NCBI GenBank assembly: GCA_030704615.1
Contig: CM060731.1
Coordinates: 87,048,001-87,112,000, forward strand
Reading direction: 5' to 3'
From: Takakia lepidozioides
Lineage: Eukaryota; Plantae; Bryophyta
DNA: 64,000 nt
Shown here: positions 26,839-41,263 of the stretch, piece after piece
Position numbering within the stretch: position 1 is the first letter of the stretch
Layout: each line of letters begins with the position of its first letter
Program-made: the position numbers and the translations under genes
Notes under the pieces: generated by a model
Seen by the model: only the letters and a program-made list of their open reading frames with translations
Database searches by the model: none
What the model was told of the DNA's origin: nothing

Positions 26839-29800
26839 CTCTCCTGCATCCCACACTCTCCGTCTAGTAGCATCAAAACTGGCCATGTACTCTGTGCAAA
26901 AGCCAAGAGCCTCCTAGCCCTCGGCCATACTGCCTTCGGGCTTTGCCATGTTGCGAACGTACCCTTTGAAATCCTTCATAGCCCGCTCCACAGGGTACAT
27001 CCACCGGGAGGTCACAGGGCCACACAAATCCAGCTCGTCAACAAGGTGAATAAGCAAATGCGTCATTATATCAAAAAAAGAGGGTGGGAACTCTTTTTCA
27101 AGGAGGCAGAGTGTGACAATCACCTCCTTCTTCAGCTCTTTGTGCTCGCTGGGATCAACCACTTTTGCACAGAGTTTGCGAAACACTCGGGATACTCACA
27201 ATATGGCATTTCGTACGCCCTTAGCCATTAAACTACGTAGAGCAAGAGGGAGAACTTGTTGCATAAGCACATGGTAGTCATGTGACTTTAGTTGTGAGAG
27301 TTTTTTTTTAACAACATATTTTTTAAAGGCAGATGCATACCCCGTTGGCACTTTTAGTTGTGATTGTGTCCAAGAACACTCTCAGCTCATCTCCTGTAAG
27401 CACGTACGGCGCTGCGGGCATCACGAATGTGTTCTCCCTCGTGGGATGCCTTTGCAACCACAGGTGGGGATGAATGCCTTGTAGCTCAAAGTCACAACGC
27501 ACCTTCATGGTATCCTTTTCCCCAAAAATTATCTTGATGATATTTTCTGTGACATTCTTCTCGCAATGCATCATGTCAATGGTGTGGCGGATCAGTAGGT
27601 GCTGCAATTCATAAGTCAAAACGATTCACAAGATAGTCAAATGGTGACACAAATATGCCAACACACTAACACACATCTGTGAATAAAAAACAAATGCACA
27701 AATATGCGAAAATAGACAAGCATGAGTGAGGAGTCCCCGTACCTCCCAATAAGGCAGACGATACAGAATGGACAGCCGCTTGACACCATGGATTTTTGAG
27801 GGATCAGCCTCTGCGATTGAATCCTCATCCTCAACCCATTTTGACTATTCTTGAGCATGTGTCTTGATTTCAGTGGCTGTCGGGAGCAATGGAGCAGGTC
27901 TCATTTCTCGTTCGCCATTGAAGAGCCTAGATCTCCTGTATGCATGGTTGGTGGGAAGAAATCTCCAGTGCCCCTGGAATATAATTTTGTGACAGTTGCC
28001 GAATACCGCGAATCAACTCCAGAGCCACAGGCAGGGCAACCTACATAGCCTTGGTGAACTTGACCTGCTAGCATGCCGTACGCTAGGAAGTCGTGTATGC
28101 ACCACATTAGGATGGCCCGCATGTTGAAAGCCCGTTCATCCCGAATGCTGGCCACATCATGGGCTGGGACTCCCACCCACAATTCCGCCAGCTCCTCCAC
28201 GAGGGGTTCAAGATACCATCAATGTTCTCCATCTTCACGGACTCTCCCTGGAATGAGCAGCAACAACATGACAAAGAATTTCTTGGTCACCAACCAAGGA
28301 GGTAAATTGTAATTGAGTAGTAGGATGGACCACGTTGACCAAATCGTAGATTTTGCGCCATAAGGATTCACCCCATCCAATGCCAAACCAAGACGCAGGT
28401 TGCGTGGATTTGATGCGAACTCCGGTCAAGTGTCAATGTGTGACCAGGCTTTGCTGTCTGCAGCATGACGAATGAGCCCATCCTTGCTTTTGTGATTGAT
28501 ATGCCAACTCATGAGCTCTGCCACCGATTTCACTCTAAACATTCGTTTCAACCTCGGTATGAGAGGGAAGTGCCGCAAAACTTTCTTAGGCACTTTCCCA
28601 CGACCTGCAAAATACCTTCCACTTTGGCATTTTGGGCAAATCTTCGTTTTTTCAAGCTCTCCACGGAACAACACACAACCCTGTTCGCAGGCTTGAATCT
28701 GTTTGTATGCTAGCCCCATCCTGGCGATCATTGTTTTTGCCTCATAATGTGATTTCGGCATCGCATTCTTTTTAGGCAAAAATGAATCATTCAGTAATGA
28801 CATGAACTCATATACAAACGCATTTGTACACTTGTGGGTTGTGCAACAATTCAGCAGCATCAAAGTTGCTGTCAATCTACTATGATGACACCCTTCATAC
28901 AAAGGAATCTGTGACTCACTGAATATTTTGGCGTAGTCTCCCTCAGTTTGTTGCCTCTCATCCTCCGTCGCCATCCCACCTCCGTCATGCAACCTAGTCG
29001 AATTTGTGGTATTTCCTGGTTCCTCAGTGCTTGCATGGGGAATGCCAAATTCATCTTCATTCGCTTGAGAAGTCGCGTCCCTTCTGATTCTGTCAGTTGT
29101 TTCAAAGCACGTTGCATCTCCTGTTGTAAAAGTTGTTCTTGGTCAGGTTCACCCACACCTCTCATTTCAAGTGTAGGACTGGACGGTCCTTCCTCCCCGT
29201 CCAAATCTTCATCATACATAATGTGAGCTTGCAATTTGCAGCACTGAAGCATGACTCAGCAGTGCAAATACATCACTGAACGCGAAATGACCAGTCAATG
29301 TTGTCAGCTGGTATGCCTTGGGCCAGTTCAAATACTGTTCAGGAATGAAGAAGTGTTTTGGTGCATGTGTGGAGGTTAGGACACACGTCACGCGATCGTG
29401 AAAACAGGTGTAGCCGTGCTTAGGACTAACAACGGCAGAAAGTGTAGTCACGGCCATGACTACCCTCGGCCCCACAGCCAACGTGTGTGAGACACGTGTT
29501 TTGTTAGGCAGTCATGGCGCTCCTAACTGGCGGTGATTTCAAAAAATGGGACCCCACCATGAGCAGAGACATCAATGCAGGCAGGTCAGAAGCGTGTGTG
29601 GAGTAAGTATGGAGTGCGTACCGGAACTGTAGGATACCTCAGGTTCCGGTCCCTGCGATGCAAGAGGAGGTGATTCTTTACTGTCTTGCGTAGTTGCCAT
29701 TTGCCACCATGGCACTCTGAGCAACTACGCAACATTTTCTTCAGGTTGTTTGTTGTGGCGTAGGCGTCCTCAAACCTCCACAGGTTGTGGTCTCGCGAAG
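26839..29800 (-). mobile_element. CACTA/EnSpm TnpD transposase (Transposase_21 + DUF4218), degraded, spliced
   Basis: ACEQGCVLF..CPKC, LRHFPLIPRLKRMF, ILMWCIHDF..G..CPAC, HTIDMMHCEKN, FPPSFFDIMTHLLIHL, WMYPVER. Confidence 0.92.
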
Positions 29801-30959
29801 TCATTCTCCGCCTATCCCCTGTCACACTCGACCCCTCCCCCCCCCCTCTGTACATCTTGATCGTCGTGCTGCGATTGGGAGGCGATGTGCTCATGCGATG
29901 GTCAAGCACGCGGCCACTACACCCATTACCGACTATGAGAGGCTAAGAGAAGCTAACATTGCTTGCATCAAGCTGGTTGAAGCGGAGCTGCTGAAAGTCA
30001 TAGCACAGTGAGTTCACTTTTGAACTATCAAAGTCACTCTTTCCGCAGAGGTTTGTAGCTTGCGGAGCTTGATTTCATGCAATGTAGGTAGCTTTGTGAG
30101 TTCCTAAGACACCATGAAGAGGATGAGATGAGTGCGAGCGCAGTGTAGGTTATGCTGGCATGGTGGAATGGGCGGGAGATCGCCGCATGTCGCGGGTCGT
30201 GAAAGTGGCTTCACTTTTAGGGTTGAGGGGTGCATTAGTTCGTCATCTCCTCCATCATGTCTTCTTTCTCACGTTACACTCAGGGAACTAGTGGTTAGTT
30301 TAGGGTTTACAACACCTTCCATGGGGCGTCCAATGCAGGATTGTGGGAAAGAAGCCAAAGCGCGCAAGACGACGGCCACCAACCCGCCCCTCTGGTCCCC
30401 CAAGACGCAGTGGAAGAATAGAGTCCATGGCCCCCCCCCCCCACACGGAGATATGCAATTGATGATGACGATGAGGACGACCTCTGTGTGCCTGGGTAAA
30501 TGCAGACTACACTGGCTCAAAAGCGGCAGATGTGCCCTCCACTGAAAGTCCACGAGAAAAAATTAATTAAAGTTTTATTTAAGGATATTTGTTCAAATAT
30601 ATTTTTATCTTCATAGGTAATGGTACACTAATCATATTTAGTAAATGGTTCTTCCCAAATATTTGAAATATTTTTTATTATTATTGTTTTTTTAATATTT
30701 TCTTTATTTAGAAATAATAGCTATTTATTATTATCTTGTAGTTTATGAAATTGGTCCATATAACAATAAGCTCTTAGAGACAATAATTATATATATATTC
30801 TTAGCAAAGATCTTCACCCAAATATGAGTTTTTCAAAGTGCTATGGACAAATCGTCATTTTGGGGGTTTTTTTGGGTACAAAAAAGTCCATAGTGTCTTG
30901 ATGGATAGATGGAATTGTTCACAAATTTATTATGATTATTATTTTTCAGAACAGGGGGA

Positions 30960-32340
30960 TTGTAGCCCTGGAAAATTTTATTAAAGAGTAAAGGAAAAAA
31001 TAACCTTACAAGAGCCATAAGGCAGAGGAGAGAGGTTCCACTCCAAGCCAAAAGTCCAAAGAAACAAGGGAGAAGAGCTGGAAATAGTCTAAGCTATGTT
31101 GCAGAAGCAGAAAGCAATGCGCTACAACACAAGCGCGAGGCTGCAGCATTAAGAGGAGGCTAAGAACTAATAGCTAGCAGATGTAGAAACTAACATACTA
31201 AAGCAAGTCTGCATAACCAAGAGGCCTGAAGATAGGTAGCGTGGTAGATAATGGCCAGCAACCTAACCGATGCCTGCCAGTTAACCAAGAAGATCACCTG
31301 CACACCAGACATGGAAAAGACTGAAACCCAAAACTCAAAGACAAACAGTACAGATCCTACATACTGCCTCTCTTTCTTTTAGGAGCATCAAAAGATAATT
31401 GGGTCTTGGATTTCCCTTTCTTGTACCTCCAGTTGACCTCTGCATCCTCCCCAACCAGAGGGGAAGGTTTGATATTGATGAAGCTTCCAACAGGTAGGGA
31501 TGTCTTTGTACCATTCAATCCTGGAGTCATCAATTCTCCTGCAGAAAAACCCTCCTCTACCCCAAGACTTGTCAAACTCTACAAGGAGTTGGGTCCAAGT
31601 GTCCTGTTCCCACATTTTGCAATTGTTGTCACAAGCACAGACCACGACTTCCGAGCTTCATACTTAAAAGTCTGATTGAGCTAAGTACAGGACCTTTTGC
31701 ATGCAGGGCACAACATTCTGAAAAACAATGGAACACCTCATCTTCCATATTTGCCAAAGGACTATGCCTCTAAGCGATTCCCAGAATGGGCAAGAACAGA
31801 AAAATATTCCTTCCTTAACATTGAGAAGAAGGGCAGAAGTAGAGTAGGTCAAATCTTTTTTTCCAGAAGGCATAAAGGGCCTTAGTATGGGCCCATATTG
31901 CCGCCGCGAAGGGGCAAGAAATGAGGCAGTGCTCCAGGTCCTCAGGGGCGTTGACAGAGCAGATGAGATAGGGGGAGGGAGGGTCAAAGATGTAGCTACC
32001 AACAGGAAGGATCCTATTTGCTACCCTCCAAAGAAAAGAAGAAACCTTAGCAGGCCTGTGTTTCTTGCAGATATCCTCCCAAACCAGGTTCCATGGAATG
32101 GGATGCCCCGACAGATGCGCCCATTTGTTGGACCATTTCAAGTGAAAGGACTGCTTAGGCACCAAAAAGGAGTAGCTCATCTTCACCGTGTAGGCAAAGA
32201 AGTTATCATGTTTTTTGGACATCCACATCCACTCTCACCAGGGTCGAATTGGAGCAATCTAACTGGGGCCGAGAGGAACCAGAAAAACGAATTGTCATAG
32301 TGCTGCAGCTGCATGGGAGGGGAAGGGTTCGATTTTCCAG
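30960..32340 (-). mobile_element. L1-like LINE 3' fragment (zf-RVT domain and 3' UTR)
   Basis: RPAKVSSFLWRVANRILP..C..EDLEHCLISCPFAAAIW; LWQIWKMRCSIVF. Confidence 0.85.
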
Positions 32341-32344
32341 AGGT

Positions 32345-32615
32345 TGAATTCTGAGGCTGGCTGGTTGGGTGACCTGGTGAGGGCACCTTCTTCTTTGACC
32401 TATTGCAGCCTATTTTTCCCTCTCATCAGACTCGGCCCTGAATGCATGTTGAATTCTGAAGTTAGCTGGTTGGGTGGTGGTGAGGGCACCTTCTTCTTTG
32501 ACGTATTACAGGCTGTTTTTCACTCTCATCACTCTCGGCCTTGTCAAATGCATGTTGAATTCTGTAAGTTAGTTGGTTGGGTGGTGGCGAGGGCACCTTC
32601 TTCTTCAACTTATTG
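32345..32615 (+). repeat. About 3 tandem copies of the ~105-bp repeat also found at 3009-3110
   Basis: GTTGAATTCTG..GGTTGGGTG..GAGGGCACCTTCTTC repeated three times. Confidence 0.8.
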
Positions 32616-33429
32616 CTTTAGTGTCTAGGGTTTTTTAAGCAGAGAGACCTTCTTCTCAGATCTATCAACATGAAGTTGTGCCTGTAAGAATGAGTGTACT
32701 CCCAAGACGTTGTTTTGCCATTGTTTGCCGTGGCCATTGACCCCGCGCCCAGATTGTTTGGTCAGCAAAGGTACAGGCATAATTCCCTTGGTAGATTTGA
32801 CGAGAGGGTCTGTCTGCTTAAAAAACCCCGGACAGATTAGATTTTCGGAGAGAGGGTAGCTGCAATACAGCTTGGTTTTGTCATGGGTTTTTCAATTACG
32901 ACAGTGGGTATAGATAGGCTACCCCCGTTGAGTTTAAATTCAGTCTACTTTGCCCTCTCATCAGACTCGACCCTGAATGCATGAGGGAGGGTATTTTGGA
33001 CCAGGCAGTGTACATTTTTTAATATGAAAATGGATGTGGGTCATTGCAAGGTTGCCAGAGCATGACGCTCCATGCATTCACAGCATCAGATGCCAAACAT
33101 TTTAAGGCACTTTGGGCCAAGGTCTGTATGCTAGCATGCAGGTTCAACTTTTGCCCGGCCACTTCTTTTTTCCTCTAAGTTCCAACTCTGTGGGGTGGAG
33201 GGGCTTGTGTTAGGCTGCATCAAAGCGTGCAAAGGAGGGGGGACCTCAGGCTGTGGCTCCCGCTGCTGGTCCACCTACGACATGGGTGCAACAAGGCCCG
33301 AATGGGCCATGGGTACAGTCCACAGGCGGGCACACGTGGCTGCAGCAAGGACTGCCTACCTGGCAGTAGCCCATGGCCCCACCACCCACAACCAATTCAT
33401 GGTCATGGATTCCAGGTGGGTCTAATTCC

Positions 33430-36400
33430 GGAGGTAATGGAGCATGGGTACAAGGAGCTGCCCAAACTTGGGCACCTCTTTGTCCCATTGCTGGTGGGTA
33501 GTGGGCAAGCCCCCCTTTTAATGGTGGTCCTCCTCCATTCACACCCCTTAGTCATGGTGATGATCACGATTCCACACAGCAAGGGGATGTGCATTCTGAG
33601 GCTGAAGACAAAAAACGTGCAAAGAGGCAGGCCTCAAAGGCACAAGAAACTAATGCCAGATCCCAAAAGGCCACTGGGCTGAAGCCGCACAAGGTACAAC
33701 TAAACTCTAAGGGGGAAGTAGACCAGGGGTGTGAGGGAAAGGATTACTGGCAGAGCTCCTTGCGGGGACTGTGCATCAGATATCTTGATCCTAGCATTTT
33801 GCTAGCAGACAAGCAGGACCCCAGTGACATGGCCAAGGTTAAGGAACCCATGGATGAGGACTACCCTGAACCTATGAGCGTATCCAAGTTCCATGCAACA
33901 TGTGGGAGGATTGTAAAAGTGTACCGTCAAAAACTGAAGTTGGGGTGGAAGGCTGGAGGTTCATGCCCTTCGAGTGTAGAGGCCACCCATTGGGATGCAT
34001 TGGTGAAGTACTGGGAGTCCCCCAAGGGGCAGAAAGAGAGTGAGAACATGAAGAGAGCACGATGGACCAGTGTTACCAACCCATCGAGGGTTGGAAGAAC
34101 AGGGATGGCTGGACAAGCAAGGCGCTTGGTAATATGAATACCTGCACCACATCTATTAGTATATGTATATGTGTATACATATTTACATGGTCTATGTGCA
34201 TGGAGTAGGACAGTGGAGGCGCCCTGTGAGTTTGTTGCAAAGTGGTGGTACAGTCTTGACTCTGTAAACTTGGAAATGATTTCATGAGTATGGGCTTACT
34301 TGTTTTTGTTGTGGCACTGGCAGAAGAAAGACCAAGCAAGTAGTCCAAGCTTGACTAAGCTGGCACACGCCGCAAAGGTGGACAAAGGATATGGCTCCCA
34401 GTCATGTCATGACCTGAGGTAAATGTCGTGCCCTTACTTTGTCACTATTTAGATTTCTTGCATCAGCAGACAGACCATACAAACTCATATCTCCATGTTG
34501 TTTGGGTCTGTAGGGAGGAGGGAGTGCGATGCAGGCTCGACTATCGTGTCTTGAGGGCAGTGTGCTTGCTTTGTCAGAAACCCAGATCCCCACGATTGAG
34601 GGCACATTGAACACTATAAAAGCTGAAGTGGCTAAGGCTTCTGAGGATAATGCCAGAAAACTGGATGCATTGATGGCAATGATGGTGGGAATATCGACGC
34701 CCGCCCCTCCTCCAATTGCTATCCCAACATGTACTTTAATTGCACCACTGGATGATGATGCAGGCTTGGAAGGCAACACTTTTGTGCAAGAGGTGGGTTG
34801 TTATCCTTCACCCCACATTTTTTTTTTTTGCGTCCCTAAAGTGTTTCTTGAGTTTGAGATGAGCTGTTGTGGTATGTTTTGCTTAGGTGCAGGAAGAAGC
34901 TCCACAAGTTGGGGAAAAGCCAGTTTCAACGGTTGAGAACCCTCTAATCACTATTGTACAGATGGGGCGCAAGGGGGCTCCTGAAAAATTGCCACGCAAG
35001 AAAGGAGGTGGAGGTGGGACAACACTGGCTACTAGTGATGACGTCTGCTCCACTGAGAGTGTTGGTAAGGGTGACAGTAGGGTGTTGGCAGACAAGAATG
35101 TACCTATTTCTCACCAGGCAACTTCCCCACAGAAAGAGGTACCTCCTCCCAGACTTTATCTTGTTTCATTTTCTTGGGCCGACTATCCGTCACTCTGTTA
35201 CTCTCATGTATGATATATTTAATGGTGTGCGTGACACCAATAAAGCCATGAATGCATTATGAACATGTTGGTAAGTACTCATGTACTATACCATGTTGTT
35301 TCTGGCATGTAAATAGGGGAGTAAAGCTGAGGAGCTTGCCCCAGCTGTCGTGAAGGGAGCTGAAAAGAAACACACACGAAAAGCTGAACGTGTGACCAGA
35401 GCCACTGCTGCCAAAGACAGTTTGAAAATGACTGATGCAATTGGCGACATAACACCAGCATCTAGCGGGAGTAAGGATCAGGGCCTTGAGGAGGCACCTG
35501 GGGCAATTGCAAGATTGGGGGGATCAAAAGCGGCACATGTTGAGTCCATTGGAAGTCCATGGATTTTTATTTTTATTTTTGAGTCTATTGCTTTCAGTTT
35601 ATTTAAAAAAAAATAGATAGTAGTATGTATAACATTCTTAGTAAAGCGTCATTCCTCAACCACTTGTCCATATACCACCTGGCACCTCTAGATTATAGGT
35701 TTGTATGTCTTTTTAGTAAAAAAACGACACCTCAAAAACCCAAAACATAAGATGCTATGGACTAGAGCAAATCAACTTGTTTTTAGGTACAAAATAGTCC
35801 ATAGCTCTCAATTCCTAAGATAACTAGTCCATATAAAAGTGGATTTGGGTTGGATTTAAAAATGACACCCCTAGTGTGTTTTCCTTTGTGGCATTGTATG
35901 AGTGTACATGATGTTTTTTCAGTCCATAAGATTTTATGTATAACATCTGCACTCCACAGTAATCAACTTTAAAAGTCCATGGCTCTCTAGTACATGATTG
36001 TTTTTCTAAGGGGTGTTGGGGGCTGATGTTTGCAGGTTGAGAAAGCTGCTATTCATACTTCCACATGCAGTGCACCAATTGCGCCTGCATCAAAGCCAAC
36101 CCCCAAAAGTCAACCCCCTGCAATTGTCACAGATCCACTTATGCTACCAAAAGTACTGTACTCTTTTCAATTTTTAATTGTAGTTGATGTTCCTCATTCT
36201 CTAGTTTTCAATACCATCAGTACATGTATGTCTTCGTGGTTGATTCATATGCACATTTTGTGGTGGGTGTTGGGTGCAGTTTAAGTTGAAGGACAAAGTC
36301 CACCTGTATGATCCTTCATCACCACGACATAGGGCCGGCACTGGAGTTGTCACGGGTGTGCCTGACAAAGACACATATCACTGTCGAGTTAATCCTGAAG

Positions 36401-36549
36401 GCATATACCGTGTTGAGGTGCGGTATGTACATACTTCACATTGTGGCTTGCCTCATCCTAATGAGGACGACGACCCACCGCAAACCGAGTTGGACCACGT
36501 CCTCGGTAGGAACACCCTTTGGCCAGAGAAGAACCTGAGGAGGGGCTAG
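33430..36549 (+). CDS. CACTA TnpA-like multi-exon gene (Transposase_24/PTTA-like region and C-terminal Tnp1-like domain)
   Basis: CPSSVEATHWDALVKYWESPKGQKESENMKRAR..SRVGRTG; last exon YRVEV..LPHPNEDDDPPQTEL..TLWP. Confidence 0.75.
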
Positions 36550-36854
36550 AAGTATGGTTCGCCCGGGCATAAGAATTGCTGGCAGTGAGGAAAAGGCAGG
36601 AAAGTAGTTCATGGCTTTTAGCATGCTTACGGAGACGTAGTGTACATGTAGTATGACACCCTTTATCATGGCTGGATTTTGTTGACTCTGTTCCAGCACT
36701 TTCTCTCTTGGATTCTATTCTGTTTTTTGAATGGTGAATCTTCAAGAGTATTTGGGTATGCATATTCGCTTGGAATGTATGGGAATTGTATGAGAATGTA
36801 TGAATCACTTACACACCACTCTGTTAGTGATATATGTAAGATTGTCACAGTAGG

Positions 36855-38445
36855 TGTCGCGCACCTCACTTCGGTAAGCTCCCCTTCAAGTCATAGTTAC
36901 TCACTTTGATGCGCGCGCCTAATTCCTAAACTGGCCGCCAAGCCAACTCGGAGCTTCGGCAGCTCACCGGGACATAACGGTCCCCCTTTACTCCCCCACT
37001 TGACCCTCTCTCAATTTGGGCCAAGTGGAAATTCTCCTTGGTCAATGGCAGTCTGGAACAGCTCCCCACACCTTGGTCGCTTTCCGGCTCGCACGCTTAC
37101 TCACTAGTTTTTGGTCACCAACGGGCTTGCACCGTTCTTGGGGTTACTACTCCCTATATATACTTCTGTGACTGTCTGCGGGGGTTTCACAAACAACCAT
37201 GCCATTTTATGGCGAACCACCACGAAAACCCTCGATTCCCGATGATGATTCGCGGTGAGTCTTGGCCCACTCACCACGGCCCCATTGGACTGTGACGAGT
37301 CCCAAGACTCCCCACGACTCCCACCACAAGGTCTCCGCCCCCATGGTGAGTCCTATGCCACCCCCACTAAGTCCCACTAAGCTACCACCACCCCTCGTGG
37401 AACCACCCCCACCGCAACCCGGGTGCGGGGCTCCACCTAGTGAGCGCCTCCGCCTCCTTGAGTGCCTTTGGGCACTCAAGGGTGCTTCAGCCCCCGTATC
37501 TATTGTTGCCACTACCCCCACCACAGGGGTAGCCCCTCTTGTGTCCCGACCCCCTGCCCTCAAGGTGAAGGGCCGCGACACACATCCCTACCAACAGGGA
37601 GTCGATGTCCTCATCGACTTGTCCATTTTGTAGAAACGAACATCCAAGTTGTGGCGTCCCACATCAAGGAGTTTATTTCCGTACCATGGCGTCCCATGGC
37701 AAAGAACCAAACCCCCACTTGACTCTACTCTCCACTGCTAGTTCGGCCGACTTCCTCCAAGTCCTGGCCAAAGGTGGAGCCTCTCAAGCTCCTCCCAGTG
37801 CACTCTTCTTGGCCTACTTCAAGGCCAAGGAACGATCCTCCCCGAGGATCGAATCGTCTTACTGCAACAACATTGCTTGCGACCGCTCATGATGCCGCTT
37901 TTGGCATCACCTTGAGCAAGGGTTCACTTTGAACCCTTTTTTACTAGGAAGATAACCTTGAACCAACCGTGCGCCGCAATCACTACAATTGGGTCCGCCT
38001 TGGAGTGTTGGCCTGAGGTACGGGAAAACACCGAAGCCGTACTACGACTTCGTCCCGAGGCTACACGATTATAGTATGTGAACGAAAGCACGTAGCTTCT
38101 GCGTTAGCCCGCACTCCAAGGCAACCCCCTCGGTAGCGCAGTTATAGTACGCGCACTAGCACGTGAACTCCCAAAGAAGGCGCAAGTTTTCTTGCCCCTT
38201 GGATGGGAGTCACCCGATTTTGGCACTGTGCAAACACACGATTAATCCAATTTACCTCTCCCACTTTTGTAAGCTAGCATGCATTCTACACACTAGCCAA
38301 CCATTCCCATGCATCACCATTCCAAACAAAATAGGACACACAACATTTGGAAACCATTTCATTTATAACAAAATTTGTACAATACAAGTTTTTGCAATCG
38401 GATTCCTGAGCTAGCTAAGCCGAGCTAAGCCGAGCTAAGCATGCA
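36855..38445 (-). repeat. Probable 3' LTR of the chromovirus (ends approximate)
   Basis: Minus-strand polypurine tract GGAGCGTGGGGGAGGAAA at ~38446-38464 followed by TG; TATA-like TATATATAG near 37153-37162; no second LTR in the window. Confidence 0.5.
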
Positions 38446-38994
38446 TTTCCTCCCCCACGCTCCAAGGTTGATGTCCCCATCAACGCTTCTTCCGCTTTTG
38501 AGGTCGCCCCTCGAAAGCTGCAACCGCCTCGGATGCGTTTCCCATTTCTGAGGCACACACCCAAGATGCCTCCACATGATGATAGCCTTTCCATTTTACG
38601 AGATACTCCGTTTCTCGATTCTTGAACCTCCTCGACTTAAGCACTGCCTCTACCTCATACTCAGGTTCATTTTCATGATCCAACAGCACACGTGGCGGAC
38701 GCAACACTTGATGCCGATTCGGACGCGCTTCGTCTTTGAAGTAAGGCTTCAAAAGGGAGACGTGGAATACCGGATGCACCTTGCTGTTTGCCGGCAGCTC
38801 CAATTCATACACATCCTCATTCATAAGGGGGCTGCTATTTCATGAGCGGCATGAGCATGAGCGGAAAAAAAAAAAACATGAGCAGACCATTGTAAGTCCA
38901 CGGAAATAGGGTTAGGAGGCACGGAAATAGGGTCATGTGAAGTTGGAATGTGGCACCAGTGGACTTGAAATGCAACATTTTATTGCATTTACTT

Positions 38995-40484
38995 GCCGAA
39001 AATGGCTAAGTCCCAGATCTGACTAGGCCCGGAACTGGAAAAATGGCGCCGAATTTCCGATTTTGGTGCCAGTCAGATCTGGGACTTAGCCATTTTAGGC
39101 CCCGAACTAGAACAATGGCGTTTTTTTTTTTTTTTTTTTTTTTTCGGTGCCATTTTACCAGTTCGGGGCCTAAAATGGCTAAGTCCCAGATCTGACTGGG
39201 CCCGGAACTGGCAAAATGGCGCCGAATTTCCGATTTTGGTGCCAGCCACTCTAGGGACTTAGCCATTTTCGGCCCTGAAAGTACCCACTGGCTATGCCTC
39301 TGCTTTCAAAAAACATGTGGTCAAACAAAAGTTGAGCCAATTGAACTCGCTCTAGTACTTGAGATGGAGAGTGGGTGAGGTCTGTATGGTGGAGTCTTTT
39401 AGCAAAGGTGCCATTGGCTTGACTTATATAACGTGATAGAATGGTTTCTCCTCTTTTCACCATTTCCGTATCACTAGAAGAAGACTTGCTTACATCTATA
39501 AGTGCAAGGTGTTAGCATAGTTAACACTTGTGTGTGGAAAAGAGCTTGATAGATAGCTCTTAAGTTACAAGCTGTTGCAGGGTTTGCAAGAAGAAAATCT
39601 TGTGGTGTTTATGTACAAGAGGAGGTCTTCAAGAAGAGCATCATTGAAAGTTTGAGAGCTTGTGAAGAAGCTCTTGTTCTGCAAGTGTTGCAGGGTTTGA
39701 GGAGTTCAAGAAGAGCTCAGGTGTTAAGGAAGCAAGTGGTGCATGTGTGGAGTATGGTTTCAGCTTGTGGGAGTCTTCAACTTCCATTTTTCCTGTTCGG
39801 GGCCGAAAATGGCTAAGTCCCAGATCTGACTGGGCCCAGAACTGGAAAAATGGCGCCGAATTTCCGATTTTGGGTGCCAGTCAGATCTGGGACTTAGCCG
39901 TTTTCGGCCCGGAACTAGAAAAATATCGGTTTTTTTTTTTTTTTTTAAATTTTCGGCGCGATTTATCCAGTTCGGGGCCGAAAATGGCTAAGTCCCAGAT
40001 CTGACTGGGCCCAGAAATGGAAAAATGGCGCCGAATTTCCGATTTTGGGTGCCAGTCAGATCTGGGACTTAGCCGTTTTTGGCCCGAACTAGAAAAATGG
40101 CGTTTATTTATTTATTTTTATTTTATTTTTATTTTATTTTCGGCGCCATTTTTCCATTTCGGGGCCGAAAATGGCTAAGTCCCAGATCTGACTGGCACCA
40201 AAATCGGAAAAATTCGGCGCCATTTTTCCAGTCATGCAGGTAATTCGAAGAGCGGATGGATGGAAATCCGGCGCCGGATTACCATCCGCCAGCTAGGTCG
40301 GCGCGCAAAATTTCCGTCATGCAGGTAATTCGAAGAGCGGATGGATGAAAATCCGGCGCCGGATTTCCATCCATCCGCTCTTGGAATTACCTGCATGACT
40401 GGAAAAATGGCGCCGAATTTCCGATTTTGGGTGCCAGTCAGATCTGGGACTTAGCCGTTTTCGGCCCCCAACAAGAATAATGGC

Positions 40485-40522
<38 letters not shown>

Positions 40523-41232
40523 CGGCGACATTTTTCCATTTCGTTGCCGAAAATGGCTAAGTCCCAGATCTGACTGGCACCAAAATCGGAAATTCGGCGC
40601 CATTTTTCCAGTCATGCAGGTAATTCCAAGAGGGATGGATGGAAATCCGGAGCCGGATTTCCATCCACAAGATAAGTCGGCGCGCAAAATTTCCGTCATG
40701 CAGGTAATTCGAAGAGCGGATGGATGAAAATCCGGCGCCGGATTTCCATCCATCCGCTCTTGGAATTACCTGCATGACTGGAAAAATGGCGCCGAATTTC
40801 CGATTTTGGGTGCCAGTCAGATCTGGGACTTAGCCGTTTTCGGCCCCGACATGAAAAAATGGCGTTTTTTTTTTTTTTTTTTTTTTTTTTTGCGCCTTTT
40901 TTCCATTTCGGGGCCGTAAATGGCTAAGTCCCATATCTGACTTGCACCAAAATCGGAAATTCGGCGCCATTTTTCCAGTCATGCAGGTAATTCCAAGAGC
41001 GGATGGATGGAAATCCGGCGCCGGATTTCCATCCACCAGGTAAGTCGGCGCGCAAAATTTCCGTCATGCAAGTAATTCGAAGATCGGATGGATGAAAATC
41101 CGGCGCCGGATTTCCATCCATCCGCTCTTGGAATTACCTGCATGACTGGAAAAATGGCGCCGAATTTCCGATTTTGGGTGCCAGTCAGATCTGGGACTTA
41201 GCCGTTTTCGGCCCCGACATGGAAAAATGGCG

Positions 41233-41263
<31 letters not shown>

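Noticed and set aside
30560-35990. AT-rich patches sharing GGTACAAAA(A/T)AGTCCATAG (~30875, ~35786) as a MITE family
   Set aside because: Could not define termini or TSDs
38128-38200. tRNA-like sequence (GGTAGCGCAGTT...GCGC) in the LTR
   Set aside because: No TTC T-loop or convincing acceptor stem
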